From NCBI RefSeq assembly GCF_001194135.2, contig NC_068999.1, positions 55,008,597 to 55,050,382 on the forward strand: 41,786 nt of DNA, written 5' to 3'. This document shows positions 1 through 10,876 of the stretch, piece by piece. Source of the stretch: Octopus bimaculoides. Its lineage: Eukaryota. Under the pieces are notes generated by a model. It worked only from the letters and a program-made list of their open reading frames with translations, was not told where the DNA came from and made no database searches. Each line of letters begins with the position of its first letter. Position 1 is the stretch's first letter. The position numbers and the translations under genes were made by a program.

Positions 1-1104
1 GGGGGGGGGGGGAGAGAGAGAAATTCATTGCATGCCCAACCCCGGAGGTCACCGCACGCCACTGATATATACACACAATAGTACTTATATGTATCTATGT
101 ACGTAGATATGTAGGTATTGTATGTATATGAATATACGTATCCGTGACATATATTCCCGTGTGTGTGTGTGTGTGTGATTAGATATTTTAACTGCATGTA
201 CTGCGTGCCTTATCGGTTCTGTGTACGTGTACATCGCCTGTATGTATGTGTATATAAGTGTGATGAGTAAAGTGGCCGGTTGTCCAAGTGTGAATCATGT
301 TAAATACATAGTAACAGCTATATATTTCCTCCTCCTCCTCCTCCTTTTCTCCCTGTGTGATTTCAAACAACTCTTACTACTGATAAGGAGGAGGAGGATT
401 ATTCCAAGACTGAAAATAGGAAAGTCTCAATGAAATACGTCTGTCAAAAGCAAAACAATTCCCGTTTAATTCGTTATTTAAAGTAGATGAAAGCTTCTTC
501 TTCAATTACAGTAAGAACAAAAATATATGTACATATAATTCGAATGGAATTTCACAGCGTCGCAACTCCACGTTTGCCCGTTACTACCACTTTCCTCAAG
601 ACATCATCATGGTGACCTTTTGACCACCGACCGTAGCAACCGAAAGGTGAAGAGTTAAATTTGTCTCCGGACTAGTCTGACGAGTTGTCCACGAAACTAC
701 GGCTTTCGTGGATGCGGAACCATTGGTCACTCTATGACCAGACATTAACTTTATTACTTTAATATCAATANNNNNNNNNNNNNNNNNNNNNNNNNNNNNN
801 NNNNNNNNNNNNNNNNNNNNNNNNNNNNNNNNNNNNNNNNNNNNNNNNNNNNNNNNNNNNNNNNNNNNNNATATATATATATATATATATATATATATCT
901 ATATATATATACATATATATTTACTAAATTTATATATATATATATTTATATATAGGTCTATATATATGTTACACCACAGTCATTTTGTGATCTTTGCTAC
1001 CCTGGTATCTATTAACCAATTTATTTTGTCCGAGTTAATTATTAACTAGGAGAAAATAAATACATATAATAATATATATATATACATATATATGGGAGAA
1101 TATA

Positions 1105-1209
1105 CAAATAATAACAACAGACGAGGACAGGTGGTGTAAATAACAAAAGTATATATTAGTATGACGCTCGGGAATACGGAAAGTCTTTGACGTTTCGAGC
1201 TACGCTCAT
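1105..1209 (-). mobile_element. Penelope-like pLTR fragment with truncated minimal hammerhead-like motif
   Basis: Minus strand reads GAGCGTAGCTCGAAACGTCAAAGAC, truncated by (TA)n. The adjacent sequence recurs at about 18370-18440 (+) and the motif recurs at 22261-22297 (-). Confidence 0.5.
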
Positions 1210-1950
1210 ATATATATACACACACACACACTGGTATATTTTTGTGTTAACTGTGTGCATCAAGATAAATACTACAGTTAATTTGGATTTCCATGATGTA
1301 TCTTCATTAAATATGATATACAGATTATTATATATACTAGCAGGACCCTATGAATATTTCACAGAATCAATGGTAAACTTATTTGGTTATTTCTGAAAAC
1401 TTTATCCAAAGAACCTGAAAGCGTAGACTGTGTTGTCTATATCAAAAGATAGTCACTCATCTGCTAATCACCGAAAAGTGAAGGAAATGGCAATACAATG
1501 ATTACTTAATGCACTTTATGCACAATTTTATAGATTTGATACACAACACTCTCCCTCTTGCTCTTTCCCTTTGCCTTTCTCTAATCACATGAAAGCATTA
1601 CAGATGGGTTAAAGTAACAGAGAAAAAACACTCGGTTAAAAAATAAAAATTAGACATTTCACTCACCACTACCTCTCCCATCCCCACCCCTTCAACTAAT
1701 CATTTGGAAGCGTTACGGATGGGCTAAGTAACGGAGTGACAAGCAGAGTTATTATAACATATGTGCATATATGTGTGTGCATGTGGCTGCTTTGTTAAGC
1801 TTGCCACTGAAGGGCACTTAGAAGAATGCGCTTTCAGCTATAGTCCTGGGTTGATCAAAGCCTTGGTTGGATTTGGTAAGACAGAAACTGAAAGAATCTG
1901 TGTGGGTGGGTGTATGTATATGCAGACACATACATATATTGAAGGGAATC

Positions 1951-2174
1951 TACAAGGAGTTGGGGCTGAAAAGTTCCTGGCTTTGGGTGAAAGAAAATAC
2001 AGGACAATCAGTTAATTATGATTTTATTCAACATATTCCTCCCTCAGATTAACACACTTATTGCAACAGTCCTTCAGTTTTTCTAAGCCCTATGAAAGAA
2101 CTTGGAAGGTTGAGCTTCCAACCAGGCCTTTCACAATACCCTTAAAACCAGGAACTTTTCAGCAACCCCTCGTA
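1951..2174. mobile_element. Mariner-derived MITE, copy 1
   Basis: Termini ...gctgaaaagttcctggcttt and aaaaccaggaacttttcagcaacccctcgta are inverted repeats bounded by TA. The interior is homologous to 2980-3200. Confidence 0.75.
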
Positions 2175-2176
2175 TA

Positions 2177-2216
<40 letters not shown>

Positions 2217-2217
<1 letters not shown>

Positions 2218-2432
2218 TTGCCAGTACCGCGTGACTGGCCTTCATGCTGGTGGCATTTAAAAGCACCCACTACACTCTCGGAGTGGTTGGCGTTAGGAAG
2301 GGCATCCAGCTGTAGAAACTCTGCCAAATCAGATTGGAGTCTGGTGCAGCCATCTGGTTCACCAGTCCTCAGTCAAATCGTCCAACCCATGCTAGCGTGG
2401 AAAGCGGACGTTAAACGATGATGATGATGATA
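2217..2432 (+). mobile_element. RTE LINE 3' end (short truncated copy or RTE-tailed SINE)
   Basis: Matches the 3' end of the 22345-25102 element (ggcgttaggaagggcatccagctgtagaaac...ccaacccatgctagc...ggacgttaaa) and ends in (TGA)n. Confidence 0.75.
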
Positions 2433-2582
2433 NNNNNNNNNNNNNNNNNNNNNNNNNNNNNNNNNNNNNNNNNNNNNNNNNNNNNNNNNNNNNNNNNNNN
2501 NNNNNNNNNNNNNNNNNNNNNNNNNNNNNNNNNNNNNNNNNNNNNNNNNNNNNNNNNNNNNNNNNNNNNNNNNNNNNNNNNN

Positions 2583-2763
2583 GAGCAAAACGCATGTCAA
2601 TAAAAGTTCCTTTAATTCCTACACATGTTTCGAAATAAATGAGAGCCCTTTCACAAAGAAGAAAGAGCTGCTGGGGTTCCTCATATATTTCTCTTCAGGG
2701 CTCTCATTTATTTTGAAGCATGTGTAGGAATTAAAGGAACTTTTATTGACATGTGTTTTGCTC
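2583..2763. repeat. Long inverted repeat (67-bp arms) containing a hammerhead core on the minus strand
   Basis: Arms 2583-2649 and 2697-2763 are reverse complements at 64/67 positions. The minus strand has CTGAAGA, a GAAATA...TATTTC stem II and GAAACATGTGTA. Confidence 0.85.
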
Positions 2764-2943
2764 CATTTATTATTATTATTATTCATATCTTCTCAAAATG
2801 TATCACTTTAACTTGGTATCCCTACCTGTAAAACGGCTGTGATATCTTGTTTTTTAGTGTAATTTTGCTACTTCTGGTAACTATTAACGTATTTAAATTA
2901 TCGAAGGTTTTAATAACTGAGATAATATTAATATATACATAAA

Positions 2944-2978
<35 letters not shown>

Positions 2979-2979
2979 G

Positions 2980-3200
2980 TACATGAGAGGATGCTGGAAA
3001 GTGCCTGGCTTTAAGTAAAAGAAAGTATTGGTTGATCAGTGAATTATGATTTTATTCAACATATTCCCCTGTCAGATTCATCACTTATTGCACACTCCTT
3101 CAGATTTTCTGAGACCTGTGAAAGAACACAGAAGGTTGAGCCTCCAACCAGGCCTTTTGCAATATCCTTAAAGCCAGTATCTGTTCAGCACCCCTTCATA
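2980..3200. mobile_element. Mariner-derived MITE, copy 2
   Basis: Colinear diverged copy of 1951-2174 (shared aattatgattttattcaacatattcc and ggttgagc-tccaaccaggccttt) with decayed TIRs. Confidence 0.7.
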
Positions 3201-3759
3201 ATAATAAAAAGTCAGATGAATGAACTATATAATCCATTTGTCAGTCATTTAGTTGTTTTTTTTGTGTGTGTGTGTGTGTGTGCACCCTTGTCTTGATACC
3301 ACTGTCATACATGCAATGTTGTTTATTTCCAGTCTTCTCTGGAAAAAATGACTGGCTCTGTGCATGGAAACGTGCTTCATGGCAACATTAAGGGCATCCA
3401 ACCATAGATCAGCCATTAAAGATTCCTTCTAACCAATGCAAGCAAGGAAAAGTAGATGTTAAACAGTCATATACATAGACATACACACACAACTTTACAT
3501 ACAGATTTCGTAAAAATGAATTATATTTGTACAATATAAAGGGAAGGCATTACCATTCAAATATATATATACATAGATTTACAAAACATATATACACATA
3601 GTATACATACACACACACACATACAAGAATACAGATACAAAAGAGTGACCATTCAAATTATACATTTCTTACAGCCAACTCTTGTTCGAGGAGACAATTT
3701 CTACTTTGACGTATCTTTAGTCACAATTATGGGTGGAAGGGAAAAGGTTATATATATAT

Positions 3760-3955
3760 CATCATCATTTAACGTCCGCTTTCCATGCTAGCATGGGTTG
3801 GACAATTTGACTGAGGACTGGCAAACCAGGTGGCTGCACCAGGCTCCAATCTGATCTGGCAGAGTTTCTACAGCTGGATGCCCTTCCTAACGCCAACAAC
3901 TCCAAGAGTGGAGTGGGTGCTTTTACATGCCACTGGCACGAGGGCCAGTCAGGCG
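3760..3955 (-). mobile_element. RTE LINE 3' end copy
   Basis: Reverse complement of the same RTE tail, starting with (TCA)n on the plus strand. Confidence 0.7.
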
Positions 3956-3972
3956 GTATATATATACTTATG

Positions 3973-4157
3973 TATTAGGTTGGTGCATAATTATTGCGGC
4001 ATTTTTTCAATAAATTTTATTCAATAAAAAATTTAAACAAGATGCCAAGCAGAAATTGAAGTAGATGGTGAATATGCTCCGGAATAAACATTTAAAGATG
4101 TTTTTGTTAAATGTTGTTATTGTTTTTGTTGAATAAAATTTATTGAAAAAAAGCCGC
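3973..4157. mobile_element. Mariner-type MITE, right TIR truncated
   Basis: Starts TA-TTAGGTTGGTGCA, a mariner-type end. gcggcattttttcaataaattttattca is mirrored by tgaataaaatttattgaaaaaaagccgc at 4130-4157. Confidence 0.65.
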
Positions 4158-4530
4158 GCGCACACACACACACACAAGCATTTATACACATACATACATA
4201 TATATATTACTAGTAACATTAGTGGCAATCGAAATCATGAACCATGCAGGCAAGTTTAGTAAAATATATATATTTATATTAACAAATATATATACAAAAC
4301 ATATATACATAGTATACACGCACACAAGAATACATTCATATACAGATCCAAAAGTGTGACTACTCAAATTATACATTTCTTATACCAAACTCTTGTTCCA
4401 AGACACAATTTTTATCTTGATGTAAATATATATATATATATATATATATATACATTATACATATACACATATAAATATTCATTATTCACCCTGTAGGATA
4501 TTATCAAGGTTTTACCTTGCCTGTTTATAT

Positions 4531-4627
4531 GTTCAAAATTTTACCTGAGGATGATGGATTATGCTATGATTTAATTTATGAATGCATCAATAAAAGTCTA
4601 CTGAAACAGCTGCAGTAAATTTTAAAC
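4531..4627 (+). ncRNA. Degenerate type I hammerhead-like motif (Penelope pLTR-type)
   Basis: CTGAGGA (4545-4551) and GAAA (4603-4606) are followed by palindromic CAGCTG. Flanks gttcaaaattttac and gtaaattttaaac pair as stem I. U16.1 is replaced by C and the stem II junction is irregular. Confidence 0.5.
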
Positions 4628-4699
4628 CTTATTTGTGTTCTTTCTATATTTACATCACACCAGAATTGGAATTATGGCTATTGGATTCGATATATATAT

Positions 4700-4948
4700 G
4701 TGACAGGTGACCAAGACTCTTGGCGATATACCGTGCTTGTGTTGACCTATCAAACTAAGGGAGACCTGGTGTCAGGTCAGTGGCACATAAAAAGCACTCA
4801 CTACACTCTCGGAGTGGTTGGTGGCATTCAGCTGTAGAAACCTTGCCATATTAGATTGGAACCTGGTGCAACACCACCAGCTTCCCTTTTTCAGTCAAAG
4901 CGTCCAACCCATGCAAGCATGGAAAGCGGATGTTGAACGATGATAATG

Positions 4949-4950
<2 letters not shown>
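4700..4950 (+). mobile_element. RTE LINE 3' end copy
   Basis: Same tail motifs (aaaagcac...ctacactctcggagtggttgg...ccaacccatgcaagcatggaaagcgga). Confidence 0.7.
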
Positions 4951-5012
<62 letters not shown>

Positions 5013-5143
5013 TACCTGCAGTACACTGCCAATACAGGACACCCCATGGTTGTTTTTATCTCACTGTGAACTCAATGTTATATTACCTTGTCAGTCCTGG
5101 CATCCTACTTGATATGCTTAGAATGTAACTTATCTATAGATGT

Positions 5144-5297
5144 CACTAAGCAGAACCAGAATTGCAAGAAATAAGTGTCAAAACAACGCAATAGACATGG
5201 AAAACACTATCTTAATGACTGGCAATTAAGATAGTGTTTCCCATGGCTACTGAGTTGTTTTAACTCTTATTTCATGCAATATTGGTGCTAATTAGTG
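5144..5297. repeat. Palindromic MITE-like element
   Basis: Arms 5162-5216 and 5225-5279 are complementary at 48/55 positions around an 8-nt loop. Weaker pairing extends outward to cactaa/ttagtg. Confidence 0.8.
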
Positions 5298-5381
5298 CCC
5301 TTTGTCACTCTAATGGCGTTTATATTTCTGCCTTTAGGTTGTAAAATTGCGAATAAGACACCCATATAATTTATCTCTCTA

Positions 5382-6765
5382 TATATAAACTGTGTATCAC
5401 GCTTTATTGCAGGTCAAATTTTTGTTGATATTTTCAACATTAAGCATTATACAAACATGAAACTTGGTTCACTGAAAGATCCTAGGTAGGTACGTATGTA
5501 CGCAATGAACATTTCAATCGTATTGATAAGCTACATACAAAGTTATGTTGTGTATTTTGAGGTGTTTTCAACTGTCATGCTTTATTGCAGGTGTATGAAA
5601 ATGTCAATTTAAGGTAATGAAACAAAGTATTATCGTCATTTTATTGTAATAATGAAACATGCTACCGAAGAATAGCAGCAAAAGATATGAAACACAATTT
5701 AATTATCAGTGCTGTACTTTATTTGTCTACAGAACTTCCTTGTTTAGAAACAAACAGTCTTTTGTCCACAGAAGCTGTTAGCCGACTAATCTGAGATGTT
5801 ATGGTACTGGCAATTGTTTTGATCTTTTCCCACAGGGCATCCTTTGATGAAAACTGGATACCTCCTTCATACACTTTCCTCTTCAAGATCGACCAGAGCT
5901 GTTCAATAGGGTTTAGGTCAGGAGAACAGGGAGGCCAAATCATGAGTAACTGGCCAGTGATTCCCAAAGTTGCGAGGTACGAAATTGTGGCCTTGGCTGA
6001 ATGCAAAAGAGCATTGTCGATGTGAGTGGCAGATCATCTAACCATACTGCAAAATGCCCCTCCAGAAATGAGGTGTAGGAGTTGCTGGTGAGTTTGACAC
6101 CTTCTAGTACTTGGAAAGGCCCGACAAGTTCATTTCCTATGGTTCCTACCCCAAACATGGCACTGCATGTGATGCAGGCGAGAAGCTCCAAGAGGTCCTC
6201 AAACTTTGGCCCATCCGTCAAGGCCATCCAGAGTAGCTCTGGCCTCATCTGCAAAGAGGACATCTGGGAAATTGATCATTATGAACTTCCGTGCCCAATC
6301 AATATGCTCCACGTTGTGGTTCTTGCTTAGGATGCGTCTAGCAATGCACTTAACACTTCCAGCTTCTCTTTAAGCATCCTATACCAGGTGCTTCTGAACA
6401 AAGGAGCAGCCCCAGCACTTTCAAATATTGCAGCACTTGTGCTACTGAGGCCTATTCTTACTTGTCTACCTATTTTTTGGTTGTCATGCCGAGATACACT
6501 TCTCGTACCTTTATCTTGCATTGGTTTGGTGGTGGAGTTTTCCACATATGCCTTCAATGTCCCGACAGAGCGTGACAGTTGAAAGCACTTCGAAATACAT
6601 AACTCAAAATAATTTTGTATGTAGCTTATGAATATGATTGAAATGTTCACTGCATACCTACCTACCCAGGATCTTTCAGTGGACTGAGTTTCATGTTTGT
6701 ACAATGTATAATATTCAAAATATCAACAAAAATTTGACCTGTAATAAAGCGTGATAGTTTATATA
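5382..6765 (-). mobile_element. Tc1-like DNA transposon (DD37E, TRT-like) with ~200-bp TIRs
   Basis: About 5382-5580 and 6568-6765 are reverse complements with TA-rich ends. The interior encodes frameshifted transposase pieces. Confidence 0.9.
5719..6515 (-). pseudogene. Decayed Tc1-family transposase
   Basis: Fragments VLFADEARATLDG, NELVGPFQV and DNALLHSAK...WPPCSPDLNPIEQLWSILKRKVYEGG, with 37 residues between the second D (6016-6018) and E. Several frameshifts. Confidence 0.88.
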
Positions 6766-6858
6766 TGTGAATTATCGGTTTAGCATTAAGGAGTTCAATA
6801 CATTTGAACATAGAATGAAAAGTGTATTTAATAAAAAAACTTGTACTTTATACATGTG

Positions 6859-6911
<53 letters not shown>

Positions 6912-8115
6912 GTATGTATACACATACATACACACGTATATACATGCACACACATAAACATATATTTAGACACACATATATACCCCCCCCACACACACAC
7001 ACATATATATATATTATCCGAAATGTATTAAATATCCATCACGGTTGCTCTTACCAATCGGTTTTGCATATATATATACACACACACACAAATAATAAAT
7101 TAAATAGAGAAATACAATTGACAATCTAACAATTTATTTATATCATAATATATATATAGGATGCTAAGTCAACATTTGTTTAATAGGTAGACTATAAGGC
7201 AAGAATTGATAACTAAATTTAACATCTTCCTTAGTCAAATGACTTGCTAGAAATAGTAGCCAAATAGCCGTCAAAAGAAAAGGACCTATAAGGGGATGTA
7301 GTCTTAAACATATTCCTAAAAGAATGAGAGGGTCACGTATGGGTTGCTTTTGGTTATAGGCCAAGCGGATTTAGTTGTTCTACGCTCAAATCTCAAAGTC
7401 AACTTTGCTTTCGGGAGATTCTGTCAATGGAATTATATAAGAACACAAAATCAGGGTTGACTTGGGGCTAAACTACAACATCTAAATGCAATCATTATCA
7501 TCTATTTATCTGATCGATCAATTTTGTCATTAATAAAACACGTCCTATCGATATTTTCATCGTCAGCACGAATTGCTGATTGTTATCCGAATAATTTGGA
7601 CACAATCTGGTCTAGTCTGATTGCAGGAATTTTAAGGTAATGGTGTGTATATGACGGGTCGCTAACACAAAGTCCCACCATCGCCCCACGGCTGCTCTGA
7701 TAAAGTACACCTACAAGCAAATACAATCTAGCAGTGGCCATCTCTTCTCATTTATCTAAAACTACATCGGCCAATGTATTCTTCCTTTTACAAAAATTTA
7801 GTTGCTGTTTCTAGCAGGTCGACCAAAGTATATGGTTTCATAGTAATTTAAACTTCGAGATGAGTTGAAGTTTTAAATGAACCAGCGTAAAACATACACA
7901 CACACACACACATATATACACACAGAGCATTTTGTATTAGAAATGTTTAGGTAAAAGTGACTGTGTGTGTGTGTGTGTGTGTGTGTGCCCGTGTTATATA
8001 TATAACACGGGCAATAGACATGCTCAGAAAACATGTAACACTGCTCAAATGAGTTTAAACTCATAACCGCATTTTTCATCTAGGCCCACGGCTTCAAGAG
8101 TGGTTATATATATAG

Positions 8116-8154
<39 letters not shown>

Positions 8155-9126
8155 TACATAGGCATACCTACACTAGCGTGGCCCCACCGACTGTTTTCTC
8201 ATCATTTTCATATATATANNNNNNNNNNNNNNNNNNNNNNNNNNNNNNNNNNNNNNNNNNNNNNNNNNNNNNNNNNNNNNNNNNNNNNNNNNNNNNNNNN
8301 NNNNNNNNNNNNNNNNNNNNNNNNNNNNNNNNNNNNNNNNNNNNNNNNNNNNNNNNNNNNNNNNNNNNNNNNNNNNNNNNNNNNNNNNNNNNNNNNNNNN
8401 NNNNNNNNNNNNNNNNNNNNNNNNNNNNNNNNNNNNNNNNNNNNNNNNNNNNNNNNNNNNNNNNNNNNNNNNNNNNNNNNNNNNNNNNNNNNNNNNNNNN
8501 NNNNNNNNNNNNNNNNNNNNNNNNNNNNNNNNNNNNNNNNNNNNNNNNNNNNNNNNNNNNNNNNNNNNNNNNNNNNNNNNNNNNNNNNNNNNNNNNNNNN
8601 NNNNNNNNNNNNNNNNNNNNNNNNNNNNNNNNNNNNNNNNNNNNNNNNNNNNNNNNNNNNNNNNNNNNNNNNNNNNNNNNNNNNNNNNNNNNNNNNNNNN
8701 NNNNNNNNNNNNNNNNNNNNNNNNNNNNNNNNNNNNNNNNNNNNNNNNNNNNNNNNNNNNNNNNNNNNNNNNNNNNNNNNNNNNNNNNNNNNNNNNNNNN
8801 NNNNNNNNNNNNNNNNNNNNNNNNNNNNNNNNNNNNNNNNNNNNNNNATATATATAAAAGGCACACAAACGTTTACAAATGAGAGGAAATAAGTACTCAA
8901 TATCTGTAGTAGAGTTTACTCATTCGTTCGAAGTTGATGGTTTACAAACTCCACAAATTCCGAGGAGTGAAATACGTGTGAAACCTCAGCTTCAAACCAA
9001 TACATACATACATTAAACCTGAACCTATATATATATATATATGCTCACTATATAGAAACATATATAGTATGTGAAATACATCCATACGTTACATTAATAT
9101 GTGTTTGTGTGGTTTGTTTAACTTAC

Positions 9127-9350
9127 CTCCAACAGAGGACAACTTAAATAAAATTCCTCCCTTGTCCCAAAAAAACTTTGATGATGGCTGACGTTACGAC
9201 ACACTGAGATGTACGCAGTGACGGTGGTTGCGGAAACTGACGAACACTGTACGACTAGGAGCCCGGCATTCTTCGGTTTTCTCCGGTTTCGATCCGATCA
9301 TCGATCAGAGACAGTAGTAGAAGCGTAGTAAAAGACGGTGAGCGCAAAGG
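9127..9350 (-). other. Candidate 5' (probably non-coding) exon or promoter-proximal sequence
   Basis: Unique CpG-retaining sequence ending in a strong donor GAG/gtaagt (9126-9121), downstream of a long minus-strand pyrimidine-rich tract. No convincing ATG-initiated ORF. Confidence 0.35.
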
Positions 9351-10535
9351 TGGAGAAGAAGGAAGGTGAGGAGGAAGGCAAGAAGTGAAGGGGAGGAAGA
9401 GGAGGGAAATTACGAGAGAAAAAAGTAGCTGTATGGTAGGATGGAGGGGGAAGGGAGAGAAAAGGACAAATATAGTGAATTACAGGGAGGGTAAAGAAGG
9501 AAGTTAAATGAAAGATAATAATATACGGGGGAGAAGATAGAAGGAGAAAAGCAGGAGAGTGTTAGCGAGTTCTCGCGATTGTTACTACTATTACTCTTCC
9601 TCAAATCTTCTCCTCCTTCCTTTCTCTCCAACTTCGCTTTTCTACCACCTCCACAACTTAATTATTTGGAGGTGAATTTGGTGATACACGAAGACAGAGG
9701 TGGAGGTAGTGATAGAATACAACTGGAGGAGGAGGAGGGAAAGTAACAGGGAGAGAGAGAGAGAGGAAGGAATGGTTCGAAGAACATAGGAGTAAAGAGT
9801 AATCGAAATTACTCTTTACTCAGAGAAAATGGAGAGACAAATAGAGACGAAGGTCGAGTGGAAATGATCAAGAAAACAGAAACGAGAAGGGAGAGCATTG
9901 GCAGTGGTGAGTGATAGAAGTGAAGCTGGCGGTCAAAAGAGGAAAGAAATGGGAGGTGTAAAGCAAAGAAAAGGAGTGGAGAGTGCTGGAAGTAATTTGG
10001 CGATACAGAAGTCCCAGATAGAGAGTGTAGTGGAATTTAGGTGGAGGAGGAAAAGACGGAGAGTGGAATTCAGAGGAGTGGGGGGAAATGTGAAAAGAAA
10101 AGAGAGTAAAAGGATCAGTAGATAAAATAGAAGGGGAAAAAGAGAGATAAGCGAAACCCTGTGCTCTCATGTACTCTCACGCTCACACACGCACACACTC
10201 ACTCACATACAACCATGTCAGAAACAGAAGGACACTCAGTAGATGTGACAGAGCAGATATAATTTTATATGGTCAAAAAATATATATAACGTCTGAACAT
10301 TCCTGTCAGTTTCAAGCATGTCTGAAGAGGTATCAATACCATCTGATGACAATATTTGATGCGTCACCAATGCTAACATTCTGACCAGTTACTATAACTA
10401 TTTGATATACTGTTTTTCTCTCTCACTCTCATTCTCTCTCTCTTTCACTCTCTCTCTCCCTATCTATCTATATCCGAGGGAATGGACAAATGAAAGAGAG
10501 TGGCACTCAATACTCTTGGTAGGAGTTATATGTAT

Positions 10536-10706
10536 TATTTAACAACAATTTGACTCAGCTCCATACAGCTTAAAGGTTTCATTGGCTCATTGAACAAACC
10601 TTGGTTGTCAGGCATTTGGAGACCTAATGACTGATGAACTAGATTTGTTCTACATGCCTATGGAACTTTTTAGTTGCCTGAAGCTGAGTCAAACTGTTAT
10701 TAAATA
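10536..10706. repeat. Old, degenerate full-length palindrome (MITE-like)
   Basis: Outer arms 10536-10560 and 10682-10706 are complementary at 23/25 positions. Patchy complementarity continues to the centre near 10620. Confidence 0.65.
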
Positions 10707-10720
10707 TTATGTATGCATAT

Positions 10721-10815
10721 CATTATTCAGTTTCATTTCAAGATTTCTTGCCAACAGAGAAAGAGCTGGTTTCTAACCTAGACCCAAGGCTCCTTGGAAT
10801 TTCAACAACATCAAC
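10721..10815. repeat. Short interspersed repeat (second copy at 19741-19840)
   Basis: attattcagttt-atttcaagatttcttgccaa...ccaaggctcctt...ggaatttcaacaacatcaaca occurs at both sites, each next to (TATG)n. Confidence 0.7.
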
Positions 10816-10876
10816 ATCACCAAGGTATTTTTGTATGTATGTATATGTGCAGATTTGTATGTATGTATGTATGTAT

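Noticed and set aside
1581-1736. ~40-bp imperfect direct repeat (1581-1622 and 1696-1736)
   Set aside because: A short diverged duplication with no LTR or TSD features supporting an element.
7550-7570. Minus-strand CTGACGA-T-GAAA
   Set aside because: Only one nucleotide lies between the motifs, so stem II cannot form.
8100-8900. Long ORFs (about 190-270 aa) here and at 34338-35109, 37539-38360 and 40170-40908
   Set aside because: They are open only because they run through N gaps.
9410-10170. Purine-rich ORFs such as 9898-10125
   Set aside because: Low-complexity GA-rich sequence with no recognisable domain.
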